Shown in pieces: positions 36,918-48,955 of a DNA stretch of 64,000 bases. The position numbers and the translations under genes are program-made. The DNA lies in contig CM082582.2 in assembly GCA_040954595.2 (NCBI GenBank), forward strand, positions 1,596,303-1,660,302. The letters are read 5' to 3'. The notes below the pieces were generated by a model. It had not been told where the DNA came from, did not search any database, and saw only the letters and a list, made by a program, of their open reading frames with translations. Every line of letters starts with the position of its first letter. The first letter of the stretch is position 1. Source of the stretch: Balanoglossus misakiensis. Taxonomy: Eukaryota; Animalia; Hemichordata.

Positions 36918-36975
36918 CTTCTGGACATTCATATTTCACAAAGGGTGTTCCAAACAGTGCTCCAAGATCCAATTG
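36918..36975 (-). pseudogene. Exon: N-terminal linker and start of C-type lectin (QLDLGALFGTPFVKYECPEG)
   Basis: aacag| acceptor, |gtaagt donor, 58 bp, phase 0 to 1; ends CPEG and joins the next exon in frame. Confidence 0.75.
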
Positions 36976-37369
36976 CTGTTACAAATAAACAATAAGTTAG
37001 CTGCCAGTACACTCAATGATGTACGCGCAGAACGTCAACTGGTAAACAGTGCGCCTGTGTCTCTTCCCATAGGAGTACATGGAGAATAGTTAGAAAACTC
37101 CCTTCTATTATTGTCATTTTCAGGAAATTTTAAACATAGCTCCGACAAATCAAAATAAATTCACCACGGTCTATTTTGAGATAAACTTTGTTCAATATTG
37201 TATCCATAGGCAAACCATTGGTAGAAAATGCTGACCGTCAGCAGTTTTCTTCAATTATCGACTAAATTCACGGCCTTGTTTAAAGTCGAAAACAAGTGCA
37301 GTGACCCAAAATGGATTTTCATTATACATACAAATCAGAAACGAAAATCCACGATTAAAAGAAATGACA

Positions 37370-37670
37370 ATACAAAACACCGTTTATGTTAATGTAAATG
37401 TGGATATATAGTGATGCAACGTTCAACCGCACACACCTTCCATCCCGCATGTAGACACGAGAGCGAAAACTCGCCAAACTGAAAAATCGGTCTCTACCAT
37501 TTATTCATTTTGGGCGAGTTTTTACTCTCATATCATACAAGCAGGATGGAAGTTGTGTGTGGTTGAACGTTCATTCACTACATATACACATGCCCATTAA
37601 TATAAACGGTGTCTTGTATCAAACATTATTAATAGAAAAGGGCGACGGGAGAGAGAGTTTGCCCCTTTAA
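37370..37670. mobile_element. Family K MITE, left terminus lost
   Basis: Same body, ends tttgcccct-TTAA. Confidence 0.75.
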
Positions 37671-38403
37671 GGCGACATGATGCATGAAGTGGCGAGAGAT
37701 AAACGCGACTGACCACCGCATTAAACACTGTCAAGCAAGGCACTTCAAATGCCAATTGTTTAAGTGTGTACTAAGTAATAGTTTCATGTACCATGTCCTG
37801 GGGGGGGGGGAGGGGTCAAATCACAACAGTTGGACATGTACGAATATGAAGAGACGATATCAGTTTTTTCATGTCTTCCTTTAGTAAACAATCTTTTTTG
37901 AACTTTGTATAGAATTCATTGAACTTTACTTTAGCTTATGAACTCTCATTTGCACATCGTCATCTTGAAATTGTGTCGACTTTATCATAAGGTTTTTATA
38001 ACTCAACTAGGTCGCAAAACCTATTTAAGTTAGTGAGAATAGGACGTTCACCTTTTGGGTTGATGGCTACAGACATTAATCCTGACTCATACACATGTTG
38101 CAGCCAGTATACTCTGCAGACATTGGACACAATAGTTTTACTAACCATTGAATTTTATTGGACCATCAAGTTTATTGACCCATGACGTTCATATAGATTG
38201 TATGACACGACTGACGCTATAATCGGTCCATACCTTCGGCGAGCCAAGTGTTTTATAACATCATAAGATATTAATACCTATCACCCAGTCAAACGATTTC
38301 AAGTTATACAATTTCCACGCCAATAGGACGCCTTTAGGTGGAAATGCAACCAGGTATCCTGAATAGGAAAATATTCCGGGTATCTGTCAAGTTTAGTCCC
38401 ATA

Positions 38404-38800
38404 TTTAGGGGACCAAGAGCCCTCAGGCGCTTGGTCCCCTTCTGTTATTGCTGGAGTTTGTCTTCTTTCTTCTTGAGTCGTTTTTTTGCGCCCGTTTTTC
38501 TCTGAAATTCCGGCAGGTGCGCCTTCCAAATTTGGCACGGTGGTTGGGGCCCATAGTACTGGTGCACCAGCCCTTTGAATTTGTAATTAGTCACGTGACT
38601 TTGTTGCTATAATCGAGCGAAATTTTCAAATTGACCTAATTTGCACGTTAATGGGGGCATGTACATTCTTTTCGCGATTTTTGTAGACCATGTGGCCAAA
38701 ATCCCCTGTGCCAAATTTCAAGGTCCTAGGCCACGTCGATTTTGAGAAGAAGATTTTTGTAATATTTTTTCGCTTTTTTTGGTGGGCTGAGGACGGACAC
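38404..38800. mobile_element. HINE-like terminus and core fragments
   Basis: 15-bp stem aggggaccaagagcc/ggcgcttggtcccct at 38407-38440, TTC-rich tract, and cores (aaatttggcac, gtgccaaattt, gagaagaagattttt) resembling those at 22.8-23.2 kb. Confidence 0.5.
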
Positions 38801-39004
38801 TGGGGCATCGGACTTTGACCGTCATTACGTTATGTTGTGGAGATCTCATTAGCAGGCTACTCACTTCTGGCGGGTTGCAGTAGTCCTTGGAAAATCGGCT
38901 GAAATACGTAAACAGACCAGTGATTATTTTCCACGGAATGAATTTTGGGACAACACATTATCGGAGTTCAGGCTGTGTTAGGGCGTTTTATTGAATTACG
39001 CTGA

Positions 39005-42000
39005 GTTTGGATTGACTACTGTGTTACCACTGAAATTTCTCATAGCAATGTTCTTTCAATTTCGAGTCTTTGCAATGTTGTTGACTCCGACCATATTCCT
39101 GTTTCAATAGAGGTTCATTTCAACACTTCTGCTGATGAAAGCTTCAGCAGTAGTTCCTTCAAGCAATGTAATTTTCGAGTTGATTGGAAAAAATTGTCAC
39201 AGCAGAATATATCCGCCTACACCGGTTGTACCAAAGCCAAGATTGATAAGATTAATTTATCCGAAGAGTTATTCTGCACTAATGTGAACTGTACAGACCC
39301 TTTGCATTTACAGGCAATTGATACTTGTTATAGTAGTATTGTGGACGCATTGAATTGTGCTGCAAAAGATACCATTAGACGTAAGTTTCACCAGAAAGTT
39401 CATGTTGTGCCTGGCTGGAACGATTTTGTAAAAGAAAGTCACGACTATGCCCGTTCCATGTTTTTATTATGGGTTAATGTGGGTTAACCTAAACAAGGCC
39501 CGCTTTTTGAAACCATGAAATCTTCCAGAGCTCGTTTTTAGTATGCTTTACTTGCTTGTAAAAAGATTGAGAATCAAAATAGGGCTGACAAGATGGCTGA
39601 TAATTTACGCTGCCACAAACAGAACGACTTCTGGGAGGAAGTCAGAAAGCAAACTAGCAGAAAAACGCCGCTTTCTGACACTGTAGGTGGAGCGACTGGT
39701 GAGAGTGAAATTGCAATTATGTGGCACAAGCATTTCAGTGATATTTTGAATTCTGTCCAGGCTCAGACTGGTAAAAATGACATCGAGGAGAAAATGAAGT
39801 ATGTTAAATTTTCTTCTGATATGTATGTTTCTGAAGACGAAGTAATTTCTGCTATACATAAGTTACCTGATGGTAAGACAGCTGGCATTGACAATATTTT
39901 AGCTGAGCACCTCAAATTCTCAGACTCCTCTATTTTACCCTTTTTGACTTGTTGTATTAATGCAATGATTGTTCATGGTTACCTGCCAACTGAGGCTATC
40001 AATGTTAATTTAGTTCCAATTATTAAGGATAAAACTAAGCTTTGTAGTGATGCCAGTAACTACCGGCCGATAGCACTAGCAACTGTTTTCTCTAAAGTTT
40101 TTGAGCATATTTTACTTTCTCGTTGTGAGGAGTTTCTTACCTCTCATTATTTACAATTTGGTTTCAAGCGAGAACATTCAACTGACCTGTGTTTATTTGC
40201 ATTTAAAGAAATCATTAGCTACTACACCAGCAATGGAAGACCAGTGTTTACTTGTTTTCTGGATGCTTCAAAAGCTTTTGACAGAGTTAATCACTTTAAA
40301 CTGGTTATAATTAACAAGCACATCGACAGGAATGTTCCCTTGTATGCTGTACGAATTTTATATTAATGGTACAGAAATCAATTGTTTACTGTGTTGTGGG
40401 GTAATGAAACCTCAGAGTTGTTTTCTGTTTCTAACGGTGTAAGACAAGGGGGGGTACTCTCTCCCTATCTTTTTAATGTCTACATTGATGATATTATCAA
40501 TGCACTCTGTAAAGCCAAAGTTAGCTGTACCATGTGTGGTGTCAGCGCTAACACTTTAGGTTACGCTGACGACATGACTCTACTCAGTCCAAGTATTAAG
40601 GGTCTACGCCGTCTTCTTAGAATTTGTGAAATTTATGGCAAGGATTATGATATCATTTATAATTCTAGTAAAACTGTGTGCATGCTTTTTAATGGGAAGA
40701 ATATGAGCGTTCAAAGAATTCCTTCGGTTAAACTTAATGACATCACTTTAAAGTTTGTACCTGTACACACCTATCTGGGCCATGTTATATCTTGTGATGG
40801 TTGTGATAATGAAGATATTGAACGACAGAGAAGAGCATTTTGTGTAAGAGCAAACATGCTATTGAGACATTTTCAACATTGTAGTCAAGATGTGAAGAAA
40901 GTTTTATTTTTGGCATATTGTAGTAATATTTACTGTTGCAGTTTGTGGGCATCCTTTAAAGTTAAACCGATGAAAAAATTTAAAACTATGTACAATAATG
41001 TTTGCAGAAGATTTCTCGGTCTTCCGCCATTTTGCTGTGCATCGGGTATGTTTGCAACAAACCATGTACATGTATTGTCACTTGGTGAAGTTTTTAGACG
41101 CAATATGTACAGTTTTAAGATGGGTCCCTGGGATCTTTTTGCTCGTTGCTGTGGGCCTTTATAGGACATTACACCCCGATTTGGACTAAGCCGTTTTCAG
41201 AGTCTAACAAGGGGCTGGTAACTAGTTGAAAATCTGCACGATTATGTGCACACCCCCTGTCCGAGTATGTTTACGGCAGCTACCACCCGGCCATAGGCCG
41301 CCACGCTAATACGGCAAAGCAGCGGTCAGCGATAGCGTGCGCGTCCTGTAACCACAGTAACTGGATCGAACGCTAAAAATCCAATGTTTTGTACACAGAG
41401 ATTTTGTACCGTTCACGAAAATCCCTAAGGCTTTTTTCATAGGCCACGTACGCCAGTCAAATTTGACCTGCTTGTTGAGAACGCACTTCCGCACAGTGTG
41501 ACGGATCGTTTTTTCGGTTTTCGTCGTGCTAAGAAGCGATACCGGTGGAAGAGTGCGTCCAAAAACACCCAAAATCGATGACTTTTTCAGGTGTGGTACG
41601 GGTATGCTGAAATCTTAGGATACAACGATAATATTCGAAAACAAAATCCGTCACGATCTTCCCTGGTTCAAGCAACTAATGAATACGTATCAAGTTCGTT
41701 TTTGAGGTCACGGAATAAAAAGCCTTAGGCTTTTGAAATTTGACCTAGCTAATTTTCATATCAATGGCGTCAGGGGGCGCGCGCTCACAATCGTGCAGAT
41801 TTTCAACTAGTTACCAGCCCCTTGTTAGACTCTGAAAACGGCTTAGTCCAAATCGGGGTGTAATGTCCTATAAAGGCCCATAGCAACGAGCAAAAAGATC
41901 CCAGGGACCCATCTTAAGCGTAGACTCGACAATTCTTCTAATGTTTTACTTGATGCGATCTGTTCATCAGATAGAGCGACTGACAGCATATTTTTCAAAC

Positions 42001-42140
42001 ATTGGCGAAAGCAATTGTATATCATGTAAGTTTTTTTTGTGTGTGTCTCAGTGTCAGATTATTATTATTGTTTTTTTTTTCTTCTCTCTTTTGGGTATAT
42101 GGACTTTTTTTAAAGTCTGAAATAAAGAATTGTTATTATT
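39005..42140 (+). mobile_element. 5'-truncated, inactive non-LTR retrotransposon (CR1 group, L2/Daphne-like) ORF2
   Basis: One reading frame: APE C-terminus WIDYC...SDHIPV, PGWN, RT motifs NYRPIAL, QFGFK, FLDASKAFDRV, GVRQGGVLSP, YADD, YLG. Stops at 39485, 39539 and 40364. Frame resumes after the MITE (KRRLDNSSN...HWRKQLYIM*, stop 42027-42029), then aataaa and a short TTA tail. Confidence 0.93.
41119..41913. mobile_element. 795-bp non-autonomous DNA transposon with 125-bp TIRs and TTAA TSD (Kolobok-like) inserted in the LINE
   Basis: TTAA at 41115-41118 and 41914-41917; TIRs 41119-41243 and 41789-41913 differ at about one base; GA...TC termini rather than piggyBac CC...GG. Confidence 0.93.
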
Positions 42141-43024
42141 TGTTAGCTGTTGCCATTCAAATGTGTCTACGCAAACCCGGCTACACTGGCAGTGGGCTTT
42201 GACTCTAAGTCGCTAATGTTGTGGGAGGTTTCATTAGCATTGTAGTCACATGTAGTGGATAGTAGTTTGGGAAATTGCCTGAAATACGTCAGCAGACCAG
42301 TGATTTTCTTGCACGAAGGGAGTTTGGTACCAGCAATAATCAGAGATCAGGCTTCGTTGCCGTTCAAAAGTTCCTACTTCAGTCGTGATGTTGCAACTGG
42401 ACGTTCAGTATGGGGGTCGGCCCGCAGGTGGCCGTGTGGGTTATCAGGTCGCCCGTAACGGCACGCAGCTACATGCAGCTGTATGGGACCAAAATAATAC
42501 ACCCGATTCGGGGGTCACCTGTGACACCTGCGTAACTCAATAATTATGTGCATGCGTAATTGTGGGGTCAATGAAAGGGGTGGTAGCGTGGTATTTGTTG
42601 CACATGGATCAATATGAAGTCCGATTTTCCCGTCAAGTTGTGGGCGACCTTATGTGACCTTTCACCTACTTTTGCTTAGTGAGCATCTACAGAAGATGCA
42701 TGCAGCTTTGGCTTGGGGGGGGGGGGGGCATATACGGATGGGACCATAATGATATACCAAAGGCGGGGTCACCTGTTGCACCTGCCTAAGTCATTGATTT
42801 TGTACATTTAATTGGACACTAACCAACAGGGCGATAGGTGTGGTTTTTGTTCCACAGGGACGAATGTAAGTGTCAGTTGGTTTTTGCCCAAATGTATAAG
42901 GTGATTTTGATGACCTCTGTCATACAGTGCCATATCTCATCCCGTTGTACAGGTGCAGCTTTGGTATTTGGAGGGATGAAACTATCATGAAATGCCAAAT
43001 ACAGGGGGATAACTTTGACACCTG

Positions 43025-46000
43025 CCATGATTTTTTTCAAAAATCGACGAAATTTTGAGATTTTGCAAAGTCGAAAATTTGTCATTTTTTGATGATTTTC
43101 ACCCGTCTTTTTTCAAAAATCGACGAAATTTTGAGATTTTGCAAAAGAGGAAAATTTGTCATTTTTTGATGATTTTCAACAATTTTTTTAAAAAATCGAC
43201 GAAAATTTGAGATTTTGCAGTAAAAAATTTGTAATTTTTTGATGATTTTCACCGATGATTTTTTTCAAAATTGACGAAATTTTGAGATTTGAGATTTTGC
43301 AGTCGAAAATTTGTAATTTTTTGATGATTTCCCCCCATGATTTTTTTCAAAAATCGACGAAATTTTGAGATTTTGCAAAGTCGAAAATTTGTCATTTTTT
43401 GATGATTTTCACCCATGATTTTCTTCAAAAATCGACGAAATTTTGAGATTTTGCAAAGTCGAAAATTTGTCATTTTTTGATGATTTTCACCCAATGTTTT
43501 TTTTTCAAAAATGGACGAACCCATGATTTTTTTCAAAATCGACGAAATTTTGAGATTTTGCAAAGTCGAAAATTTGTCATTGTCATGATGATTTTCAACC
43601 ATGATTTTTTTCAAAAATTGACGAAATTTTGAGATTTTGCAGTCAAAAATTTGTCATTTTTTGATGATTTTCACCCATGATTTTTTTTCACAAATCGACG
43701 AAATTTTGAGATTTTGCAGTCGTAAATTTGTCATTTTTTAATGATTTTCCTCCATGATTTTTTTTCAAAAATCGACGAAATTTTGAGATTTTGCAAAGTC
43801 TAAAATTTGTCATTTTTTGATGATTTTCACCCATGTCTTTTTTCAAAAATCGACGAAATTTTGAGATTTTGCAAAGAGGAAAATTTGTCATTTTTTGATG
43901 ATTTTCAACAATGATTTTTTTTCAAAAATCGACGAAATTTTGAGATTTTGCAGTCAAAAATTTGTCATTTTTTGATGATTTTCAACAATTTTTTTAAAAA
44001 ATCGACGAAAATTTGAGATTTTGCAGTAAAAAATTTGTCATTTTTTGATGATTTTCACCCATGATTTTTTCAAAATTGGAAAAATTTTGAGATTTTGCAA
44101 AGTCGAAAATTTGTCATTTTTTGATGATTTTCACCCATGATTTTTTTTCACAAATCGACGAAATTTTGAGATTTTGTAGTCGTTAATTTGTCATTTTTTG
44201 ATGATTTTCCCCCATGATTTTTTTCAAAAATCAACGAAATTTTGAGATTTTGCAAAGTCGAAAATTTGTCATTTTTAGATGATTTTCACCCGTCTTTTTT
44301 CAAAAAATCGACGAAATTTTGAGATTTTGCAAAGAGGAAAATTTGTCATTTTTTGATAATTTTCAACAATGATTTATTTCAAAAATCGACGAAATTTTGA
44401 GATTTTGCAGTCGAAAATTTGTCATTTTTTGATGATTTTCCCCCATGATTTTTTTCAAAAATCGACGAAATTTTGAGATTTTGCAAAGTTGAAAATTTTT
44501 CAAAAATCGACGAAATTTATAGATTTTGCAAAGAGGAAAATTTGTCATTTTTTGATGATTTTCACCCATGATTTTTTTCAAAATTGACGAAATTTTGAGT
44601 TTTTGCAGTCGAAAATTTGTAATTTTTTGATGATTTTCACCCGTTTTTTTTTCAAAAATCGACGAAATTTTGAGATTTTGCAAAGTCGAAAATTTGTCAT
44701 TTTTTGATGATTTTCACCCATGATTTTTTCAAAATTGACGAAATTTTGAAATTTTGCAGTCGAAAATTTGTCATTTTTTGATGATTTTCACCCATGATTT
44801 TTTTCAAAAATGGACGAAATTTTGAGATTTTGCAAAGAGGAAAATTTGTCATTTTTTCATGATTTTCCCCCATGATTTTTTTCAAAAATCGACGAAATTT
44901 TGAGATTTTGCAAAGTCGAAAATTTTGTCATTTTTTGATGATTTTTCAACCATGATTTTTTTCAAAAATCGATATGATTTTGAGATTTTGCAGTAAAAAA
45001 ATTGTCATTATTTGATGATTTTCGACCATGATTTTTTTCAAAATTGACGAAATTTTGAGATTTTGCAGTCGAAAATTTGTCATTTTTTGATCATTTTCCC
45101 CCATGATTTTTTTCAAAAATCGACGAAATTTTCAGATTTTGCAAAGTCGAAAATTTGTCATTTTTTCATGATTTTCACCCATGATTTTTTCAAAAATCGA
45201 CGAAATTTTGAGATTTTGCAAAGTCGAAAATTTGTCATTTTTTGATGATTTTCACCCATGTCTTTTTTCAAAAATCGACGAAATTTTGAGATTTTACAAA
45301 GAGGAAAATTTGTCATTTTTTGATGATTTTCAACAATGATATTTTTTCAAAAATCGACGAAATTTTGAGATTTTGCAGTCAAAAATTTGTCATTTTTTGA
45401 TGATTTTCAACAATTTTTTTAAAAAATCGACGAAAATTTGAGATTTTGCAGTAAAAAATTTGTCATTTTTTGATGATTTTCACCCATGATTTTTTCAAAA
45501 TTGGCAAAATTTTGAGATTTTGCAAAGTCGAAAATTTGTCATTTTTTGATGATTTTCACCCATGATTTTTTTTCACAAATCGACGAAATTTTGAGATTTT
45601 GTAGTCGTAAATTTGTCATTTTTTGATGATTTTCCCCCATGATTTTTTTCAAAAATCAACGAAATTTTGAGATTTTGCAAAGTCGAAAATTTGTCATTTT
45701 TAGATGATTTTCACCCGTCTTTTTTCAAAAAATCGACGAAATTTTGTGATTTTGTAAAGAGGAAAATTTGTCATTTTTTGATAATTTTCAACAATGATTT
45801 ATTTCAAAAATCGACGAAATTTTGAGATTTTGCAGTCGAAAATTTGTCATTTTTTGATGATTTTCCCCCATGATTTTTTTCAAAAATCGACGAAATTTTG
45901 AGATTTTGCAAAGTTGAAATTTTTTCAAAAATCGACGAAATTTATAGATTTTGCAGAGGAAAATTTGTCATTTTTTGATGATTTTCACCCATGATTTTTT

Positions 46001-47820
46001 TCAAAATTGACGAAATTTTGAGTTTTTGCAGTCGAAAATTTGTCATTTTTTGATGATTTTCACCCGTTTTTTTTTCAAAAATCGACGAAATTTTGAGATT
46101 TTGCAGTCGAAAATTTGTCATTTTTTGATGATTTTCACCCATGATTTTTTCAAAATTGACGAAATTTTGAGATTTTGCAGTCGAAAATTTGTCATTTTTT
46201 GATCATTTTCCCCCATGATTTTTTTCAAAAATCGACGAAATTTTCAGATTTTGCAAAGTCGAAAATTTGTCATTTTTTCATGATTTTCACCCATGATTTT
46301 TTCAAAAATCGACGAAATTTTGAGATTTTGCAAAGTCGAAAATTTGTCATTTTTTGATGATTTTCACTCATGTCTTTTTTCAAAAATCGACGAAATTTTG
46401 AGATTTTACAAAGAGGAAAATTTGTCATTTTTTGATGATTTTCAACAATGATATTTTTTCAAAAATCGACGAAATTTTGAGATTTTGCAGTCAAAAATTT
46501 GTCATTTTTTGATGATTTTCAACAATTTTTTTAAAAAATCGACGAAAATTTGAGATTTTGCAGTAAAAAATTTGTCATTTTTTGATGATTTTCACCCATG
46601 ATTTTTTCAAAATTGGCAAAATTTTGAGATTTTGCAAAGTCGAAAATTTGTCATTTTTTGATGATTTTCACCCATGATTTTTTTTCACAAATCGACGAAA
46701 TTTTGAGATTTTGTAGTCGTAAATTTGTCATTTTTTGATGATTTTCCCCCATGATTTTTTTCAAAAATCAACGAAATTTTGAGATTTTGCAAAGTCGAAA
46801 ATTTGTCATTTTTAGATGATTTTCACCCGTCTTTTTTCAAAAAATCGACGAAATTTTGTGATTTTGTAAAGAGGAAAATTTGTCATTTTTTGATAATTTT
46901 CAACAATGATTTATTTCAAAAATCGACGAAATTTTGAGATTTTGCAGTCGAAAATTTGTCATTTTTTGATGATTTTCCCCCATGATTTTTTTCAAAAATC
47001 GACGAAATTTTGAGATTTTGCAAAGTTGAAAATTTTTCAAAAATCGACGAAATTTATAGATTTTGCAGAGGAAAATTTGTCATTTTTTGATGATTTTCAC
47101 CCGTTTTTTTTTCAAAAATCGACGAAATTTTGAGATTTTGCAGTCGAAAATTTGTCATTTTTTGATGATTTTCACCCATGATTTTTTCAAAATTGACGAA
47201 ATTTTGAAATTTTGCAGTCGAAAATTTGTCATTTTTTGATCATTTTCCCCATGATTTTTTTCAAAAATCGACGAAATTTTGAGATTTTGCAAAGTCGAAA
47301 ATTTGTCATTTTTTGATGATTTTCACCCTTGATTTTCTTCAAAAATCGACGAAATTTTGAGATTTTGCAAAGTCGAAAATTTGTCATTTTTTGATGATTT
47401 TCACCCATGATTTTTTTCAAAAATCGATCAAATTTTGAGATTTTGCAGTAAAAAAATTGTCATTTTTTGATGATTTTCACCCATGATTTTTTTCAAAATT
47501 GACGAAATTTTGAGATTTTGCAGTCGAAAATTTGTCATTTTTTGATCATTTTCCCCCATGATTTTTTTCAAAAATCGACGAAATTTTCAGATTTTGCAAA
47601 GTCGAAAATTTGTCATTTTTTCATGATTTTCACCCATGATTTTTTCAAAAATCGACGAAATTTTGAGATTTTGCAGTCGAAAATTTGTAATTTTTTGATG
47701 ATTTTCCCCCATGATTTTTTTCAAAAATCGACGAAATTTTGAGATTTTGCAAAGTCGAAAATTTGTCATTTTTTGATGATTTTCACCCATGATTTTCTTC
47801 AAAAATCGACGAAATTTTGA
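43025..47820 (-). repeat. 78-bp AT-rich satellite, T-rich orientation
   Basis: Unit ccatgatttttttcaaaaatcgacgaaattttgagattttgcaaagtcgaaaatttgtcattttttgatgattttcac with length variants. Confidence 0.97.
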
Positions 47821-48955
47821 ACTTTCGCAAAGTCGAAAAATTGTCATTTTTGGACGATTTTCGTGAGCCGTGACCCATGATTTTTTTCAAAAAAAGGAAA
47901 TTTCGAACTTTCGCAAAGTCGAAAAATTGTCATTTTAGAACAATTTTCGTGAGCCGTAACCCATGACTTTTTTTTTAAAATGCAGAAATTTTGAACTATC
48001 ATAAAGTCGAAAAATTGTCATTTTTGGACCATTTTCTTGAGCCATGACCCATGATTTTTTCAAAAAATGCTGAAATTTTGAACTTTCATAAAGTCGAAAA
48101 ATTTTCATTTTTGGACGATTTTCGTGAACGGTAACCATGATTTTTTTCAAAAAATGCAGAAAATTTGAACTTTCGCAAAGTCGAAAAATTTTCATTTTTG
48201 GATGATTTTCGTGAACGGTAACCATGATTTTTTTCAAAAAATGCAGAAATTTTTAACTTTCGCAAAGTCGAAAAACTGTCATTGTTGGACGATTTTCGTG
48301 AGCCGTAACCCATGATTTTTTCAAAAAATGAAGAAATTTTGAACTTTCGCAAAATCGAAACATTGTCATTTTTGGACGATTTTCGTGAGCCGTGACCCAT
48401 GATTTTTTTCAAAAAATGCAGAAATTTTGAACTTTCGCAAATCGAAAAATTGTCATTTTAGAACGATTTTCGTGAGCCGTGACCCATGATTTTTTTCAAA
48501 AAATTCAGAAATTTTGAACTTTCGAAAAGTCGAAAAATTGTCATTTTTGGACGATTTTCGTGAGCCGTAACCCATGATTTTTTTCAAAAAATGCAGAAAT
48601 TTTGAACTTTCGCAAAGTCGAAACATTGTCATTTTTGGACGATTTTCGTGAGCCGTAACCCATGATTTTTTTCAAAAAATGAAAAAATTTTGAACTTTCG
48701 CAAAGAAGAAAAATTGTCACTTTTGGACGATTTTCGTGAGCCGTAACCCTGATTTTTTTCAAAAAATGCAGAAATTTTGAACTTTCGCAAAGTCGAAAAA
48801 TTTTCCTTTTTAGACGATTTTCGTGAGCCGTAACCCATGATTTTATCAAAAAATGCAGAAATTTTCAACTTTTGCAAAGTAGAAAAATTGGCATTTTTGG
48901 ACGATTTTCACGAGCCGTAACCAATGATTTTTTTTTTTTTAATGCAGAAATTTTG
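47821..48955 (-). repeat. Divergent ~87-88-bp subfamily of the satellite (~13 copies)
   Basis: Unit ...tgcagaaattttgaactttcgcaaagtcgaaaaattgtcatttttggacgattttcgtgagccgtaacccatg, with an extra gtgagccgta segment. Confidence 0.93.

Larger units (their letters stand above)
19520..36975 (-). pseudogene. uif-like: Uninflatable-like (CLECT-CUB-CUB-CUB-CCP-EGF-EGF) multi-exon gene, apparently an unprocessed pseudogene or truncated copy
   Basis: 13 exons with mostly canonical GT/AG sites and compatible phases splice to ...YECPEGYQLRGASCYK (CLECT), three CUB domains, FRASFSPDCP (CUB3-CCP junction) and two DINEC EGF-Ca domains, the second with insert GYLLYANNGTGGFYLPPGETG..DVYTFNQSCV. Domain order and insert match my recollection of Drosophila Uif. 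Lesions at 25118, 24316, ~20742, 20686 and ~27043. Confidence 0.75.

Noticed and set aside
38050-38140. Candidate first (signal peptide) exon
   Set aside because: An ATG is present but there is no hydrophobic signal sequence or clear phase-0 donor.
39194-41164. Three separate genes, or a retron/DGR/group II intron reverse transcriptase
   Set aside because: All three ORFs are in one frame, separated by point nonsense codons, with an APE remnant and a LINE-type 3' tail: one decayed LINE ORF2.
41119-41913. piggyBac assignment for the TTAA element
   Set aside because: Termini are GA...TC, not the CC...GG typical of piggyBac; Kolobok-like is preferred but unconfirmed.
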